NCBI GenBank assembly: GCA_964036045.1
Contig: OZ038379.1
Span: 7,688,001 to 7,752,000 of the forward strand
Reading direction: 5' to 3'
DNA from: Eutreptiella sp. 'Long Island Sound 2002'
Lineage: Eukaryota; Protista; Euglenida
DNA length: 64,000 bases
Shown: positions 12,481 to 24,012 of the stretch, piece after piece
Layout: every line of letters starts with the position of its first letter
How positions within the stretch are numbered: the stretch's first letter is position 1
Made by a program: the position numbers and the translations under genes
Notes under the pieces: model-generated
The model's database searches: none
What the model was told of the DNA's origin: nothing
Seen by the model: only the letters and a program-made list of their open reading frames with translations

Positions 12481-14199
12481 AAAATTTGCATAAAAACAAC
12501 CTGAAACACACTAAAAAATACTGTACTATGGCAAGTCTAGCCTTGCCAAAGGCAGGCTCACAGCATGTGGGTGCGAAATTTCCCACAGCAAATTCGGGAC
12601 TGCATGTGAGATATATCCGACTCGAATTTTTCTCGTCCGAAAAAAACCTGCTGCAAAATCTTCCCCCTCTCTGTATTGCAGATCACTCTTATTTTCTCCA
12701 AACATGTTTATGCAGTACATGTGCTCCACTGCCGGCGCTGTTATTCTGTGCTTCTGAGCCTTCGCCACATGGGAATGAGTTCCAGCGCAAAGACTTGTAT
12801 CACAGATTTTCTGATACTGTGGGTCTTTTTGATTCATGACCATGTTTTGTAGGCGCATGCTTTGGGCGAGGTTTCCCCCTGCGGGCCATGTGGGAGCATT
12901 CTGTGGCGGCTGGTTGTGGGGATAATAGCCCCATGCATGGGGCATGCAGGGCACACATGGTGTGCGCGCGGGGCAAGCACTGCTGCAGTGCCACTTGGCT
13001 GAGACCTTTGGGTCACCTCTTCCCCAAGTTTGGGGTTAGCCACTTTGCTTTCTCTCTGCTTTGGAGACTCCAGGATGGCACACGTTATGTCGCCACTTTT
13101 GAATTACTCCTTTTTTGGGGGTCCTGAGATGGCAAGGGTCCCATCGTCCGACACACAGAACCAAAGCCCTACAAAATGCCCCTCAAACCTGCAAAGGGCG
13201 GACAGAATGTCACGGACTGAAGATGTCACACAAATGTTGATCAAATATGGCTGTGCAGCTGGTAGGGTCCATACCAGGGGCCATACAAGTACAAGCAAGT
13301 GGAGCATTGGGACATTTTGCTGCAAAGGTACAATAGGAAATGGTTGCATAGTTGCACAGTGCATAGGGGTGGTGCATGGTTTCCTAAAAGGTATTGCATG
13401 TGTTTGTGCATGCACTCTCCAACTGTGTGTCATTGCTTGGGATACTCGGGAAACCACTCAAAATTGTTTTATGTCAATTAGCCTGGGTATTTCCCTTGCC
13501 AATTCTCTCAAAACCCTAGACCAGCGAGGGTCATCTTTGGCCGCACCAGAGATGTTGACCCTTGTCACCACCATGACCAAAGGTTTTCGTGCCCCAGCCA
13601 AATTTCTGTGCACCAGATGGCAATGAAGCGCCTTAAATATGGCAACGGAATGCTGAACTTCGCAGTTGGAGCATGGTTGGAATTGATTGCCTTGGTGAAG
13701 CCCCTTGAACGCCCCCTACCCCCCACCCCCCATGGAGGTGGGATGGACAACCCTTGTTCCCACTGAAACACACGCCATTTGGCAGACATGCGATGAATGT
13801 ACCTACAATAGGGAGAGTGGCTGAACAAACCAAGGTGGAGTCGGTAGAACTGCAGGACGTGGCTAGGCCCTTGTTTGCTTTTTTTGAGGAATCGGCTGCC
13901 ATGCTAGAATCACTGCTTTGCCTGCATACTCATGTGGGGCACAGTACTAATGAAGATAGGAGCCCATAAACACCTAGGAGCCTGAGGATTTTCTGCCCTA
14001 CTGGGAGGGCAGAACTGGGGCTCCAAGAAGTGCCTAAGAGTCCGCTTTCACAAGGAGCTACTTTGTCTCGTCTAGCCCACGGATTTCGAGTATTGACAGT
14101 GGTGGGCTTTGCAGGACCCCTGGGGCGTCCACTTCGTGTAGCGCGCATAGCTTTGATTTGTTTTTAGACTGATCCAGTTACTGTAGCTGTTTTATGGGG

Positions 14200-14600
14200 A
14201 CAGCCTGGTTTCTGAGGACCTCAGGGACATGTCTTTGCTTTGCGGGATGTGATTTGTTGTGTTTTACATAGCGAGAGCATATCCAGGTTGTTGTGGGCAT
14301 AGCATGTTTGCTGGAATCATCATGAACTGACTGCTGAAAGTGGCTAAGCGGGGCCATTCAGTCTATCAATACCGACCTGAATGATGCCATCCCCCATGGG
14401 TCTTTATGGAATCCCCATGCCACTTGTGCACTTGGTCAGGTGCCCGGCAGGCTGTCCCGCTATTGCCCATGCTATTTTCCTCTGTCTCCTGCCTTGTCAT
14501 TGTTGGATACAGTTGCTGAGTTGTAGAGTTGCTGTCAAGATATGTGCGGATGATCTCATTATTTTTGTAGATGGGCCGGCTGATTCAGATCTGATTCAAT
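14200..14600 (+). mobile_element. Decayed non-LTR retrotransposon RT fragment
   Basis: At 14439, GARQ(G)CP/LLPMLF is a frameshifted QGCPLSPxLF motif. It is followed by VKICADDLIIFV, the (Y)ADD catalytic motif. Multiple stops and frameshifts. Confidence 0.5.
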
Positions 14601-16106
14601 TTTGCAGTGGTCTTGGGCCTGTGCAGGAATCGGCACCAAATGTCTGCAATGGAGAGGGATGGAACTCAGAGTCCTCGTATACAGGGGTGGGGCTATCAGT
14701 ATGCAATGAGATTCCTGGGTGTGTGCCACGGCAAAGTGAATGCCACAGAAGGGCATAGTGTGTGGCCTTGAGTGTTGAATAAGATTTAGCATCGTCCCTC
14801 CAGGAGTCAATGTGGAGAGCAAGCACAAGTGGCAAACCTGCAGCGGGTCTTATTTTGTGTAATGGGCGAAGCCAAATCAAAACTTGGGCCGTAGGGCCCC
14901 TGCAAGTTTTGAAGAATAGCATGGCGGGGCCTCCGGGGTTCATTGCAAAGACCGCCGATTCACCATGCCACACTTTGGCAACATGATCAGCACTTGTGCA
15001 ACCATGGGCAGTCACACTTTGCAGCACCATGAATTGGCTGATACTAGGGTGTTCCCATTAGACCGTCCACATATCCCACAAAGGGATCAATAAACCGCCC
15101 TGTTTTGCAATGCCATGTTTTTCCAGCCAAATGTCATGCATTTGCCCCACTGGTGCGAGATTGATTGGGGCCGGTCACCAATGAAAGTCCGCAACGTTTG
15201 AATTCTGTGTGAGTTTGGTGGTGCTGGTCCGAGTTAACAGTTTTTTTTTCCTTCGCTGCAGCTGCTGACAGCAAACCCATTCACCGCAATCGGAATGTTG
15301 TGGTGATGTTGGAGCGTTCCAAGTGGACTTCATGGAACCTGTGTACACCTCCACCTCGCACACCAATGAATATTTTGTGGCAAGAGTAACAAAACCCCAA
15401 ATGCTGAGCTGAGGCAGGGGGGGGGGGCAGATGGAGCGGGACCAGGTCTTGCACACCCCTTCCCATGAGCATATGCTCATTACCTCCTATTCATTCCTTC
15501 AATCATTCGTTTTCTCTCTAATGTGCTACAGTTCTGGTACGGGACACTAAAGGTCCATAAACCAGCCGGAGACCATGCAGGCCGCTTTGGTTTCATGGAC
15601 AGTGTACACACAACACTGCTCAATATGAGCTGTTGAGTAGACCAGGTGACTTTCTGGCCCCTCACCAAGGCATACTGTCCATCTTGAGCGTCTTGCGTAC
15701 CAGAGTACGGCAGACTGCCAGTCAGCACTCTCCTGGCTTTCAGGGACTGTCTGCCCTGCGTGCGGGCAACTGGCATAGTGCTGCCATGTGCAAAGCAAAG
15801 GCCAGTGGGGCGCACAGAGCGCATTTCCCACACAACAAAGTCCTTAGGCAAGTCACCAGGACCGAACGTGTTTGCAAGGACCCACGCATTTTCGGCTCAA
15901 TGCCCCCACTTCTTTGGTTCACCTCGGGGAAGATAGCCGCGGCTGCCGCCACATCGTTTCGGATCGAGGTTGCCGAAATTTGGGGGTTGAGGTTGGCTAA
16001 ATCCACTCGGCAAGGTCGGCACAATAGGATTGCCGGTCTCTGAGCCAAAGCCGCAACGCCCTCTTTGGTCGCATGCGGCTCACACATCCCTTGTCCGCAG
16101 GGCTTC

Positions 16107-16706
16107 ATGACGTCGGCTGCATCCTCTTCCGCATGTTCTGCGCCCCTTCTGCGGGCACCCCCTCAGAAGTGGGTGCTGGCCCTTCTTGCATGCGGGGGCG
16201 TGGGTGCCTCATGCTGGCTTGCATGCCGCGCCTACATGCAGAGGCGAGCCCACCTGGTGGCCGTCGAAAGGCAGCGCCGCATCGACGAGGCCCACAAGGC
16301 GGCGATGGACAAGGAGGAAACGGGCTACCTCGACCCGGAGACGGGGCTGTGGGTGTTCACCGCGCTGCAGCACCTGAACCGGGGCTACTGCTGCGGCAGC
16401 GGATGCCGGCACTGCCCCTACGAACACATGAATGTCCCGAGTGTCAAGAAGGCCCGGGAGGAGCGGGAGCAGGCGGCGAAGGTCGCAAAGGGGACCAAGT
16501 CCCCCATCTTCACCGGGACGGGGGACAAGGGCATGTCGTCGCTCGGCACCGGCGAGCGCAAGTCGAAGGGCGAGACCGTGTTCCAGATTATGGGCACCCT
16601 CGACGAGCTGAATGCGCAGCTCGGCATGGTGCGGTGCAGTGTGGCGAGGCACACGGGGTACACCCACAAGGACGGTGAGGCGCAGTACGCGAAACTGGTT
16701 CGGCAG
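16107..16706 (+). CDS. MMAB: Exon 1 of DUF5522-like/cob(I)alamin adenosyltransferase (PduO/MMAB-type) fusion
   Basis: ATG 6 nt after ttgtccgcag acceptor. Contains a hydrophobic helix (WVLALLACGGVGASCWLAC), a Cys-rich module (YLDPETGLWVFTALQHLNRGYCCGSGCRHCPY) and the PduO N-terminus (IFTGTGDKGMSS..GER..K...F...GTLDELNAQLG). Donor cag|gtgtga at 16707, phase 0. Confidence 0.9.
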
Positions 16707-17029
16707 GTGTGAGGGGGGCCACGCAAGGAGGCACGGAGGCTGGCGCGTGAAGGGGCGGGGGGTTACCTTCCCTGCCCCCCAAAGGGTAACTGCATGACGA
16801 TTCGGACCCTAATTATGGGGCACTGGTGCTGTCCCATGAGCGGCAGAGCATGAACGCAGCGAGTCTAGAGGAGTATTGCACATCCTGGACACAAAATGGC
16901 CGTGATGGGTTGACAGGAGTATCCCAATAATAACAGTGCACGTCCACGTCACCGGAGTCCAGGGAGGAGCTGTGGCACCAGCTGGGACTGGAGCCCATGC
17001 CGGACGCAGTGTTGGAGGTCCATTTTTAC

Positions 17030-17905
17030 GAGATATGTACGTGTAGGCGCATACGTATACGCGTTCACATGTATACGCGTATGCATGTATACGCGTATAC
17101 ATATGCGCCTATACGTATGCATGTATATGCGCATAGACGCATCTTCTAACATCATCTCTTTTTATGCAGTTTGTGTATTGGCGCATACGCGCGTACACGA
17201 TTGCACGCGTATACATATGCACGTATACTAACACCATGTCTATGTAGTCAGTTTGTGGATATGTGTACATGTTGCATGTACTGAGGCGCAGGGTAGGGGT
17301 CCGGCGGTCTGTAGTTTGTAGACACTGTGTACCACAAGTAGATGCGGCCTGCTAATTGTAGACACCATCAGCATTTGGAGACGCGAATAGAGGCGTCCCC
17401 AAAGCACAGGGTAACAGGGTAGCAACAGCATTTATCCGTGCACAGGGGTCCGGTGCTCTGCAGTTCGTAGGCACAGTGTGCCACAAGTAGACGCAGCCTG
17501 CCATTGTATGCATCTTCGGCACGTTGTACACCCCAAGTGACAATAGTCAGAAAATCAGTGTGCAGCAACAGCTTGGTTTCTGAGGTGGAGGGCATGCAGG
17601 CAACCTTTGCATGACAATCTTGGGGTTCCTGAGTTCCATGGCACATGTTGCATATTTTCGGATTTTCGGGGGTTTGGGGGGTTTTGTCAATTTGGGCATG
17701 TTCAGTGCACTGATGGTTTGCACACACCCCATATCACCATGGCGTCAGTATGCGCAACCTGTTCGCATATAGACAAAATCGCTATGTTGACATGGTGTTT
17801 ATATACGCGTATACGTATACACGCGTGTACGTATACACGCGTATACGCATATATGTACATCCACGTATACGCGTATATGTACGCACGTATATGCGTATAC
17901 ACACA
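17030..17905. repeat. Intronic foldback element with alternating purine-pyrimidine arms
   Basis: AACACCATGTC (17230) and GACATGGTGTT (17789) form a perfect inverted pair embedded in longer degenerate arms of TATACGCGTATA-type sequence. The loop holds a ~150-bp-period direct repeat (ccacaagtaga at ~17332 and ~17482). Confidence 0.7.
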
Positions 17906-18462
17906 GCCCTCATTTTTTATTTGTGCTCATGTCATGTTGTGTCAGCACAACAAAAGGAGGGGGGGTGATGACCATCGTCGGATGATGGCTAAGTGCCATG
18001 ACCCCGTCATACGGTCATTTTTCTGAGGCACGATTTTTGCGGTCAAGAATGTAAGGTGACGTCGTTGTGTGCAAATTGTGGAGGGAAAGAGGTCCAGAGA
18101 TCACAAACTCTGCACGTTTCAGGCCCTCCTTTGTCATACCATGGGTCAGAACAGCTTTGTCCAAGTCTGGTGACCTCTTCATATCATTGTTGCCTGTTTT
18201 TGCCCCGGCTTACCATGCCTACCCCCGGAGGACCAGACAGGGGTTTGGCTCTTGCCCCGTCAACCGCCATTCCCTGACGGTTGCTGGCTCCTTTGTGTCG
18301 GTTCCCCACAAACCCTAGGGTCTGGCCTGGTGTCATACACCAACCCCCCAGTGTCTGGAAGTCAGTTTGGAGTCTGGAAAGCGGACCCCTCGTGTTGCGG
18401 ATGTGTCACGTCAGCTCACCCCACGCGCCCACCTCCACTCGTCTTGTGTTTCCACTGTGCAG

Positions 18463-18831
18463 CTTGAACATGTGCAGCACCTTGTGTTTGATGCCGGTTC
18501 TTGCATGAGCAGCCCAGCAACGTTCGAGGCAGACAACGTGTCGCTGCTGGAAGGCTGGATTCGCGACCTGACCGAGTACTGCCCCAACATCCACGGCTTC
18601 ATCCTGCCGGGGGGCAGTATTGTCACCTGCCACCTCCACGTGGCCCGCACTGTTTGCCGGCGCGCAGAGCGCTGCGCTGTGCAGCTCAACAGTGAGCAGT
18701 CCGTGGACGCAGCTGCGCGGAAGTTCATCAACCGCCTCAGCGATTTCCTGTTTGCTGCAGCGCGGCTGACAGCCTACTTGGATGGCACGGCTGATGTGCT
18801 GGTGCGGAGAAAGGCAGTCTGGGAAGATTAG
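18463..18831 (+). CDS. MMAB: Exon 2 of DUF5522-like/cob(I)alamin adenosyltransferase fusion
   Basis: Acceptor ttccactgtgcag|18463, phase 0. The join reads LVRQ|LEHVQHLVFDAGS (the IQxxLFDxG motif), followed by FILPGG, HVARTVCRRAER and FINRLSDFLFAAAR, then a stop. About 322 aa in total. Confidence 0.9.
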   Translation, partial: LEHVQHLVFDAGSCMSSPATFEADNVSLLEGWIRDLTEYCPNIHGFILPGGSIVTCHLHVARTVCRRAERCAVQLNSEQSVDAAARKFINRLSDFLFAAARLTAYLDGTADVLVRRKAVWED

Positions 18832-21800
18832 GTAGGGGCTGCAACAGACCTGTTGCACACACCAGGAATGGAGGCCCATGAGTACGTGGGTTGACTTGGA
18901 AGATCACGTTCGCAAGGTACAGATGCGCTGTTAATTATTGCGGTCTGTTTGCGTTGTATTCCATACGACTGGACCTGCAGGGCCCACATCACGCTCCCAC
19001 TTGGGCTGGTTTTGGAGTGGTTTTTGGTTGCTCGGCCTACTTGTATGTGGCTGTCTACTGTCGCTGCTACTGGTGGTGGTGCTGCTGCTGTTGCTAACAA
19101 CAGCAGCAGCAACAACAACCATAGCAACAAAAATGAGTTGGAAAGTCTCGGAAACTGCAAAGGCGCCGTGCCGCTCCCAACCGTCCTGAATGGTTTGCCA
19201 ACAATCTTGGGTGAGCCACTTGCTTCAAGATTGTTGCACTGAGCCGTGTTGATGATAATTCTGCTTTGGCCCGTATGAACTCACCTAAACCGCAAGTGGT
19301 TCATTCTCCATCCCTGACCTGACCTCAAGGGTATGTTGACTTAATTAATTTGGATGTCAACTAAGACTAGGTGTCGACTGAGGGGTGTCTTTGCGCGTAG
19401 TGCCCATGCTGTGCAAATTTTTAAGACTGCAGTCAGTACGTATACCCTTTTTCCCCACGCAGTGAGGCGTCATCAGGACTGAAAGGGTGCCGATATGTGG
19501 AGAGTGCCTTCAGCCTGATCCATTGCAACGTGCAGCTCCGCACGATATGCGATTCTCGGTGGCAATCAACAGGAAACCCGGAAACTCGGTGCCACCAACC
19601 ACCAGCAGGCAGCCACAACTGGCTCCCAGCACACAGTTTATGTTCTCTCACTCACATGTGACAGAATGGGGAATGTGCTCGATGGAACCGCAGCCAGCAT
19701 TTTGCTTAGGCCACGGACAGGGAAGCTCAGGCAACACATGAACCAAGACAGGAATGCCGACTGCGGAATTGTCTCCGTCTATGAAATTTGTAAATGTGCA
19801 AAAATACGATAACCAAATGAAATGGCTGAAGTGGGTTTTTTTTCATCCAGAAAAGAGTGTCAAGAGACCCATGAATTCAACCACAGGAATGCACTGAATA
19901 GCGCCAGGGATACAGGCAATCCACCGGCAAACGCATGGGGCTCTCTCTGATTCAGTTCCGCTCCTACAGCCTGGCACAGTAATTTAAGATTTTTAGACGC
20001 GCTCGCAGTGCGCTCGCAGTGCAAGGGTTTGCCCAAGCGCGGACCGATCTCTCTGGATCTCATGAACATCAGGCATGTTACCGTGTATAGTTCCATGCAT
20101 CGTTTCTTGGAGTGCTGAGGCATACTGACCACCGCCTGCTCTGGGTCTGGCGAGAGGTGTGCTGGCGTGTGCCAACCTCAGTGGACTGGTACACCCTTTC
20201 TGCTGACCGGAGCACACCTCGGCAGATCCTGTAAACGCCTCTCCAGACCTGTGCACCCCTGTGCCTTTCTGCGTATGCCCAGTCTGATGCACCGCTCTTC
20301 AAAGCAACACTCTGGTCTGCATACCGCCCTCAAGATGGCCTTGGGTATGATGCATTGCGCTGTGCAGCTCTGCGTGCGATGTGTTTCGCGGGGGTACTCA
20401 TTAGGCAGCCCCTTGAACATGGGTGCCATCAACCTGGCGTCCAGCCGGCGGACACAACCAGCCGACAGCACACAGTTTTCTTGTCCCTTTCCAGGGTCCT
20501 TGGGAACGTGCAGGGGGGTCCCTAAGGAGCCCCCCCCCCCCCCCCAACACGCACCTTGTGCACCGTCGGGTTTACTGCTAATCTCCGTCGGTCCACCGCC
20601 AACTGCCGTCGGTTAAGCGCCGGACTCTGTTTGCCCCCTTTTGCCCTTCAGGGACCCCCTCCTCCATCCTTTTCAGAAGCACAGTGTACATGAGGCCTGG
20701 TACACACCTACACCGGTGCCGTGCAAGTTGTATCACCACTTGCGTCCGAGCATCGTGCAAGCACCGGCTCTCCCTCCCACACGCCTGCACAGCCCTCCCT
20801 CCAGATGGCCAGATCTCCACAATGTCAACCCCCATGGCAGTGACCTGCACCGCCCATCCCACCCACTTTGTGTGCATGTGATCGGAGCGGCTGCACCTTG
20901 GTGACCAGGGGCGCATCCCAATGGTCAACATGCATTACAGAAGCCCCCACCCACCCACCCACCCACCCACTTCCCCACCCCTCCCTGAACATCCCCCTTC
21001 AGGACTCCTCCCTTTCCATGGGTTTTTATGGTGTATTGCTTTATCTAGTCCGTTCCTGGCCACGGCTGCAGCTTGTTGCCTTGCGCGGAGCATGTCATTA
21101 CGCTCTGTGTTTTTCGGTACAGAGACAGCAGATGCATGCCATACCGCGCCGCAAGTGCACATGCGCCGCACGAGAAATCGGACAGCAGCCATGCAATGGC
21201 ATGCCACGAAGAGTGCTCAAGGATCCATGGCCCTCAGGCGATGATGATATTGCGGTACATCCTGATTCTGGAACATGGGCTCATCACCTGAAAACACAGT
21301 AAAACGAAGCTGGCTCCCTGTACATTCTCATCGTGCCGACCAGGGCAATTGTGCGCAACCTGATGCCGAAACCCTCTTCCAACCCCGGCTATGTGTGCTG
21401 TTTGTGTGTGCAGATGGGGCATGTGGTGCATGCGTGTAGAAGGGACAGCCAGCATCTGGAGATACATGAGTCCAGGCAGCAGTTTTGCAGCTTTGCTATT
21501 GTTGGTGCAGTGCCCTTGTCAGAGATGGGTGTATCGCCCCCGCTTGCACCCCTAACAGCTGGATAGCCCTACGGGCGATGCAAGGGTGGTGTATTCACCT
21601 GGTGGTGTAGCAGTCTGGACGATGAAAGTACTGTTCGACCAAAGAGGTGACGGCAGGCCGCAACAGCGTTTCTGAGTGTGTAGAACCATGGTGTGACAAG
21701 TAGTGTCAGAAGAAGTGCCATTTAACCAGGGAGTGCCAGCATGGCGCCACAAACCACTGGGGATACTGTCAATTAATGCATGCAACAAAAAAAATCGTCA

Positions 21801-21849
21801 TGTCATGTCGTCATGTCATGTACTTTTTTTTTGGCGGTAATTCGTGTAA

Positions 21850-22070
21850 GCCCGTACACACATTACCACAGAAAAAATTACGCGATTTGACAAATTTTTC
21901 TTTTACACGCGCCCACCGAAAAAACAATTACACAATGTGACAAAAAAACTTCACACGTGTTTACCGCAGAAAAAAATTACATGAAGTGACAAAATTTTTT
22001 ACACCAGTTTACTGCAAAAAAAAAACACAATCTTACCGCAAAGAAAAAAATTACCAATTGTACTGAAAAT
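21850..22070. repeat. A-tract-rich minisatellite (TTACCGCAGAAAAAAATTACA..TGACAAAA-like units)
   Basis: Several degenerate ~40-bp units visible by eye. Confidence 0.55.
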
Positions 22071-22078
22071 ACATGCAT

Positions 22079-22185
22079 GTAGCCAATGTGCCCACTTGTG
22101 GGCCACTTCTGATTTTGTCCCCCGCTCTGAAGTGTTGGGGAACCCCCAGGCGGCAGGGGTTATGTAGCCAGCCGGCCCACTTGTT
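22079..22185 (+). repeat. ~84-bp unit dispersed satellite (GGTTATGTAGCCA..GCCCACTTGTGGGCC), also at 25815-25975 and 47888-47985
   Basis: GTAGCCA at 22079 and 22164, GCCCACTTGT at 25817 and 25901, and the same unit at 47888-47985. Confidence 0.8.
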
Positions 22186-22989
22186 TTGAGGAATTGTCTA
22201 CATTGTTGGTCCACGGATGTCCCCAATGGCAACCAGAGAGCACTCATATCATTCCCCCCTCCAGCGGCGCTTGCCAAGCTCCAAGCCTGCCCAACGGCGC
22301 CTACAGGCCCAAGCCTATCCTTCCGCATGAGCTCCAAGCCTCCCCAACAGCACCCACGGCGCTTCAAGCCTCGCCATCAGCACCCAATATGGCCCCAAGC
22401 AAGGAAGTATTTGACGGGGGGGGGGGCTTTTTTCTCTGCATAACACACCGGCACACCTATGGATGAACTTTGAGTATGCAATGCAATGCAAAATGTAATA
22501 CTCTCTTTGAGGAACGGGAAAGCAGTATGTTTGTTCAAGGATATGTTGCGAATAGGACATGCAGTTTTGTGAGGGACAGGGTGAATTATGAAGATGTATC
22601 ACATTGTTCATCGGAGGAACGAGGGTAATTGCCCCCACTGGTGTCAACACTGCTGGCACCCTCACCACTTGACTCACGGTCTCTCTTCTGAATATTATGC
22701 AGGGCTATCACTGTCCGAATCACTCTGCCGCTTCCTTGTCTTGCCCTTGTCACTCTGGGGGCATGTAACTAATGGGCGTGATTGCATCAACTGCATCAAC
22801 CGTATTGCCTGACAAGGCCCCCCCTCGTGGGGGAATTTCTGGAGAAGTGCAATATGACACCGATGTAGGCTGCCCAAATGGCTTCATGAAGCGCCATGAA
22901 GTTTCGCATTGGTACGAAAAGGGATCACTAAGTTGGCGGAAGTGATGGGAGGGGGGGGGGGCTGAAGGGCACATTCCCTGTGCCCCCCA

Positions 22990-23130
22990 CGTGGCCGATG
23001 ATGGTATGCCTTTTGTGTCCTAGCTCCACTGTCACCTTTTTCCAGGGCGCCTTGCGCACAGAGTCTTTTTGCGGTCCTGGCATTTTTAGCTTCGCTAGCT
23101 GTTCCCACACCTCTGGATCTTGTCGTTTTT
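22990..23130 (-). mobile_element. Possible zf-RVT-like fragment of a decayed LINE
   Basis: Minus-strand peptide EVWEQLAKLKMPGPQKDSVRKAPWKKVTV resembles the VWxxIWxLKxPxKxKxFxWxxxxxKLxT pattern. Weak. Confidence 0.25.
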
Positions 23131-23375
23131 GTGGCATCTCAAGTGGTTGCATGGCAGTCAGCATTTTTGTGCCTTGTTTCACCCACGCATTAGGGAGATC
23201 GTGAATGGGCAAGGACATGACAAGCGGGATTGGACAACCATTGTACATCATGGGCATCAGCAGCTCAAACGTCATTTGTCAGGCAGGAGGCGAGTCATCT
23301 GTGTGACTGCTTGAATCGGCTCCAACAGGGGCACCAAATGTTTCCGATGGTGCAGCCCCGAGGGGCGGTTGTGAG

Positions 23376-23855
23376 GTGCAAGGCAGCCCGCGTGCCAAAG
23401 AAACAAAGGTGGGCACATATATTGCCGGGAAAATTGGCAGCCATCACAGAAAAAGTCCAGTTGGGGTGGGACGTCGCATACGTCGAAAATGCGAAAAATG
23501 GGCCAGGCACAAATGGGTGGGATCACGAGGGCCACTAGCTCACAAGGATTTGTGGATAGAACTGTGGGGACGGTGGCCGTTATTGGGAGACAGTGTGGAA
23601 ATCCTGTGGGACCCGTCTCATGTGGAGGTGGTAGGAAATGAAGAAGCAGACTCACGGGCAGCCAAAGGGGCCAAGCAAGCCCAACGTGAGGTGCAGCGGT
23701 CTAAAGAGGTCACAGACACCTGGGAGGAGCTAGGACTCGTTGAAATGCCATACACGTGGGATACGGACTCCAACCGGTCAGGGGGATCATGTGTCACAAG
23801 CGGCTCAGATGAAGAATATCCTGATGTCTGGCCCAAGCAACCTCGATTGCGGTAA
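23376..23855 (+). mobile_element. RNase H (type 1-like) domain remnant of a retrotransposon
   Basis: KWARHKWVGSRGPLAHKDLWIELW...VEILWDPSHVEVVGNEEADSRAAKGA matches the RNase HI C-terminal pattern W..xGW..xP..N.DLW..L...WVxxHxGxxGNExADxLA. The N-terminal catalytic motifs are not intact. Confidence 0.65.
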
Positions 23856-24012
23856 GGGAAGACTCATGCTCAACATAACCCAGACCAGCCTATGAAACAT
23901 TCGATAGCCTAGTGTGGCGAACTCAAGGCAACATTCAGCACTGGTTCGAGCTGTGACCTATGGCCTGTGTCACGGGGGTCATATGGTAGCTGAGTATCTG
24001 TTGCTTCATTCG

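Noticed and set aside
15175-15480. Minus-strand peptide IWGFVTLATKYSLVCEVEVYTG resembling piggyBac transposase (KWGxK..Y..xFEVYTG)
   Set aside because: I could not find the flanking catalytic motifs (DE, DNxF/Y, GGVD) or TTAA-flanked TIRs. It is too short to support a call without an HMM search.
21669-21679. TTTCTGAGTGT, matching part of the Euglena spliced-leader exon
   Set aside because: Only 11 nt, with no T-rich continuation or GT donor. Expected by chance.
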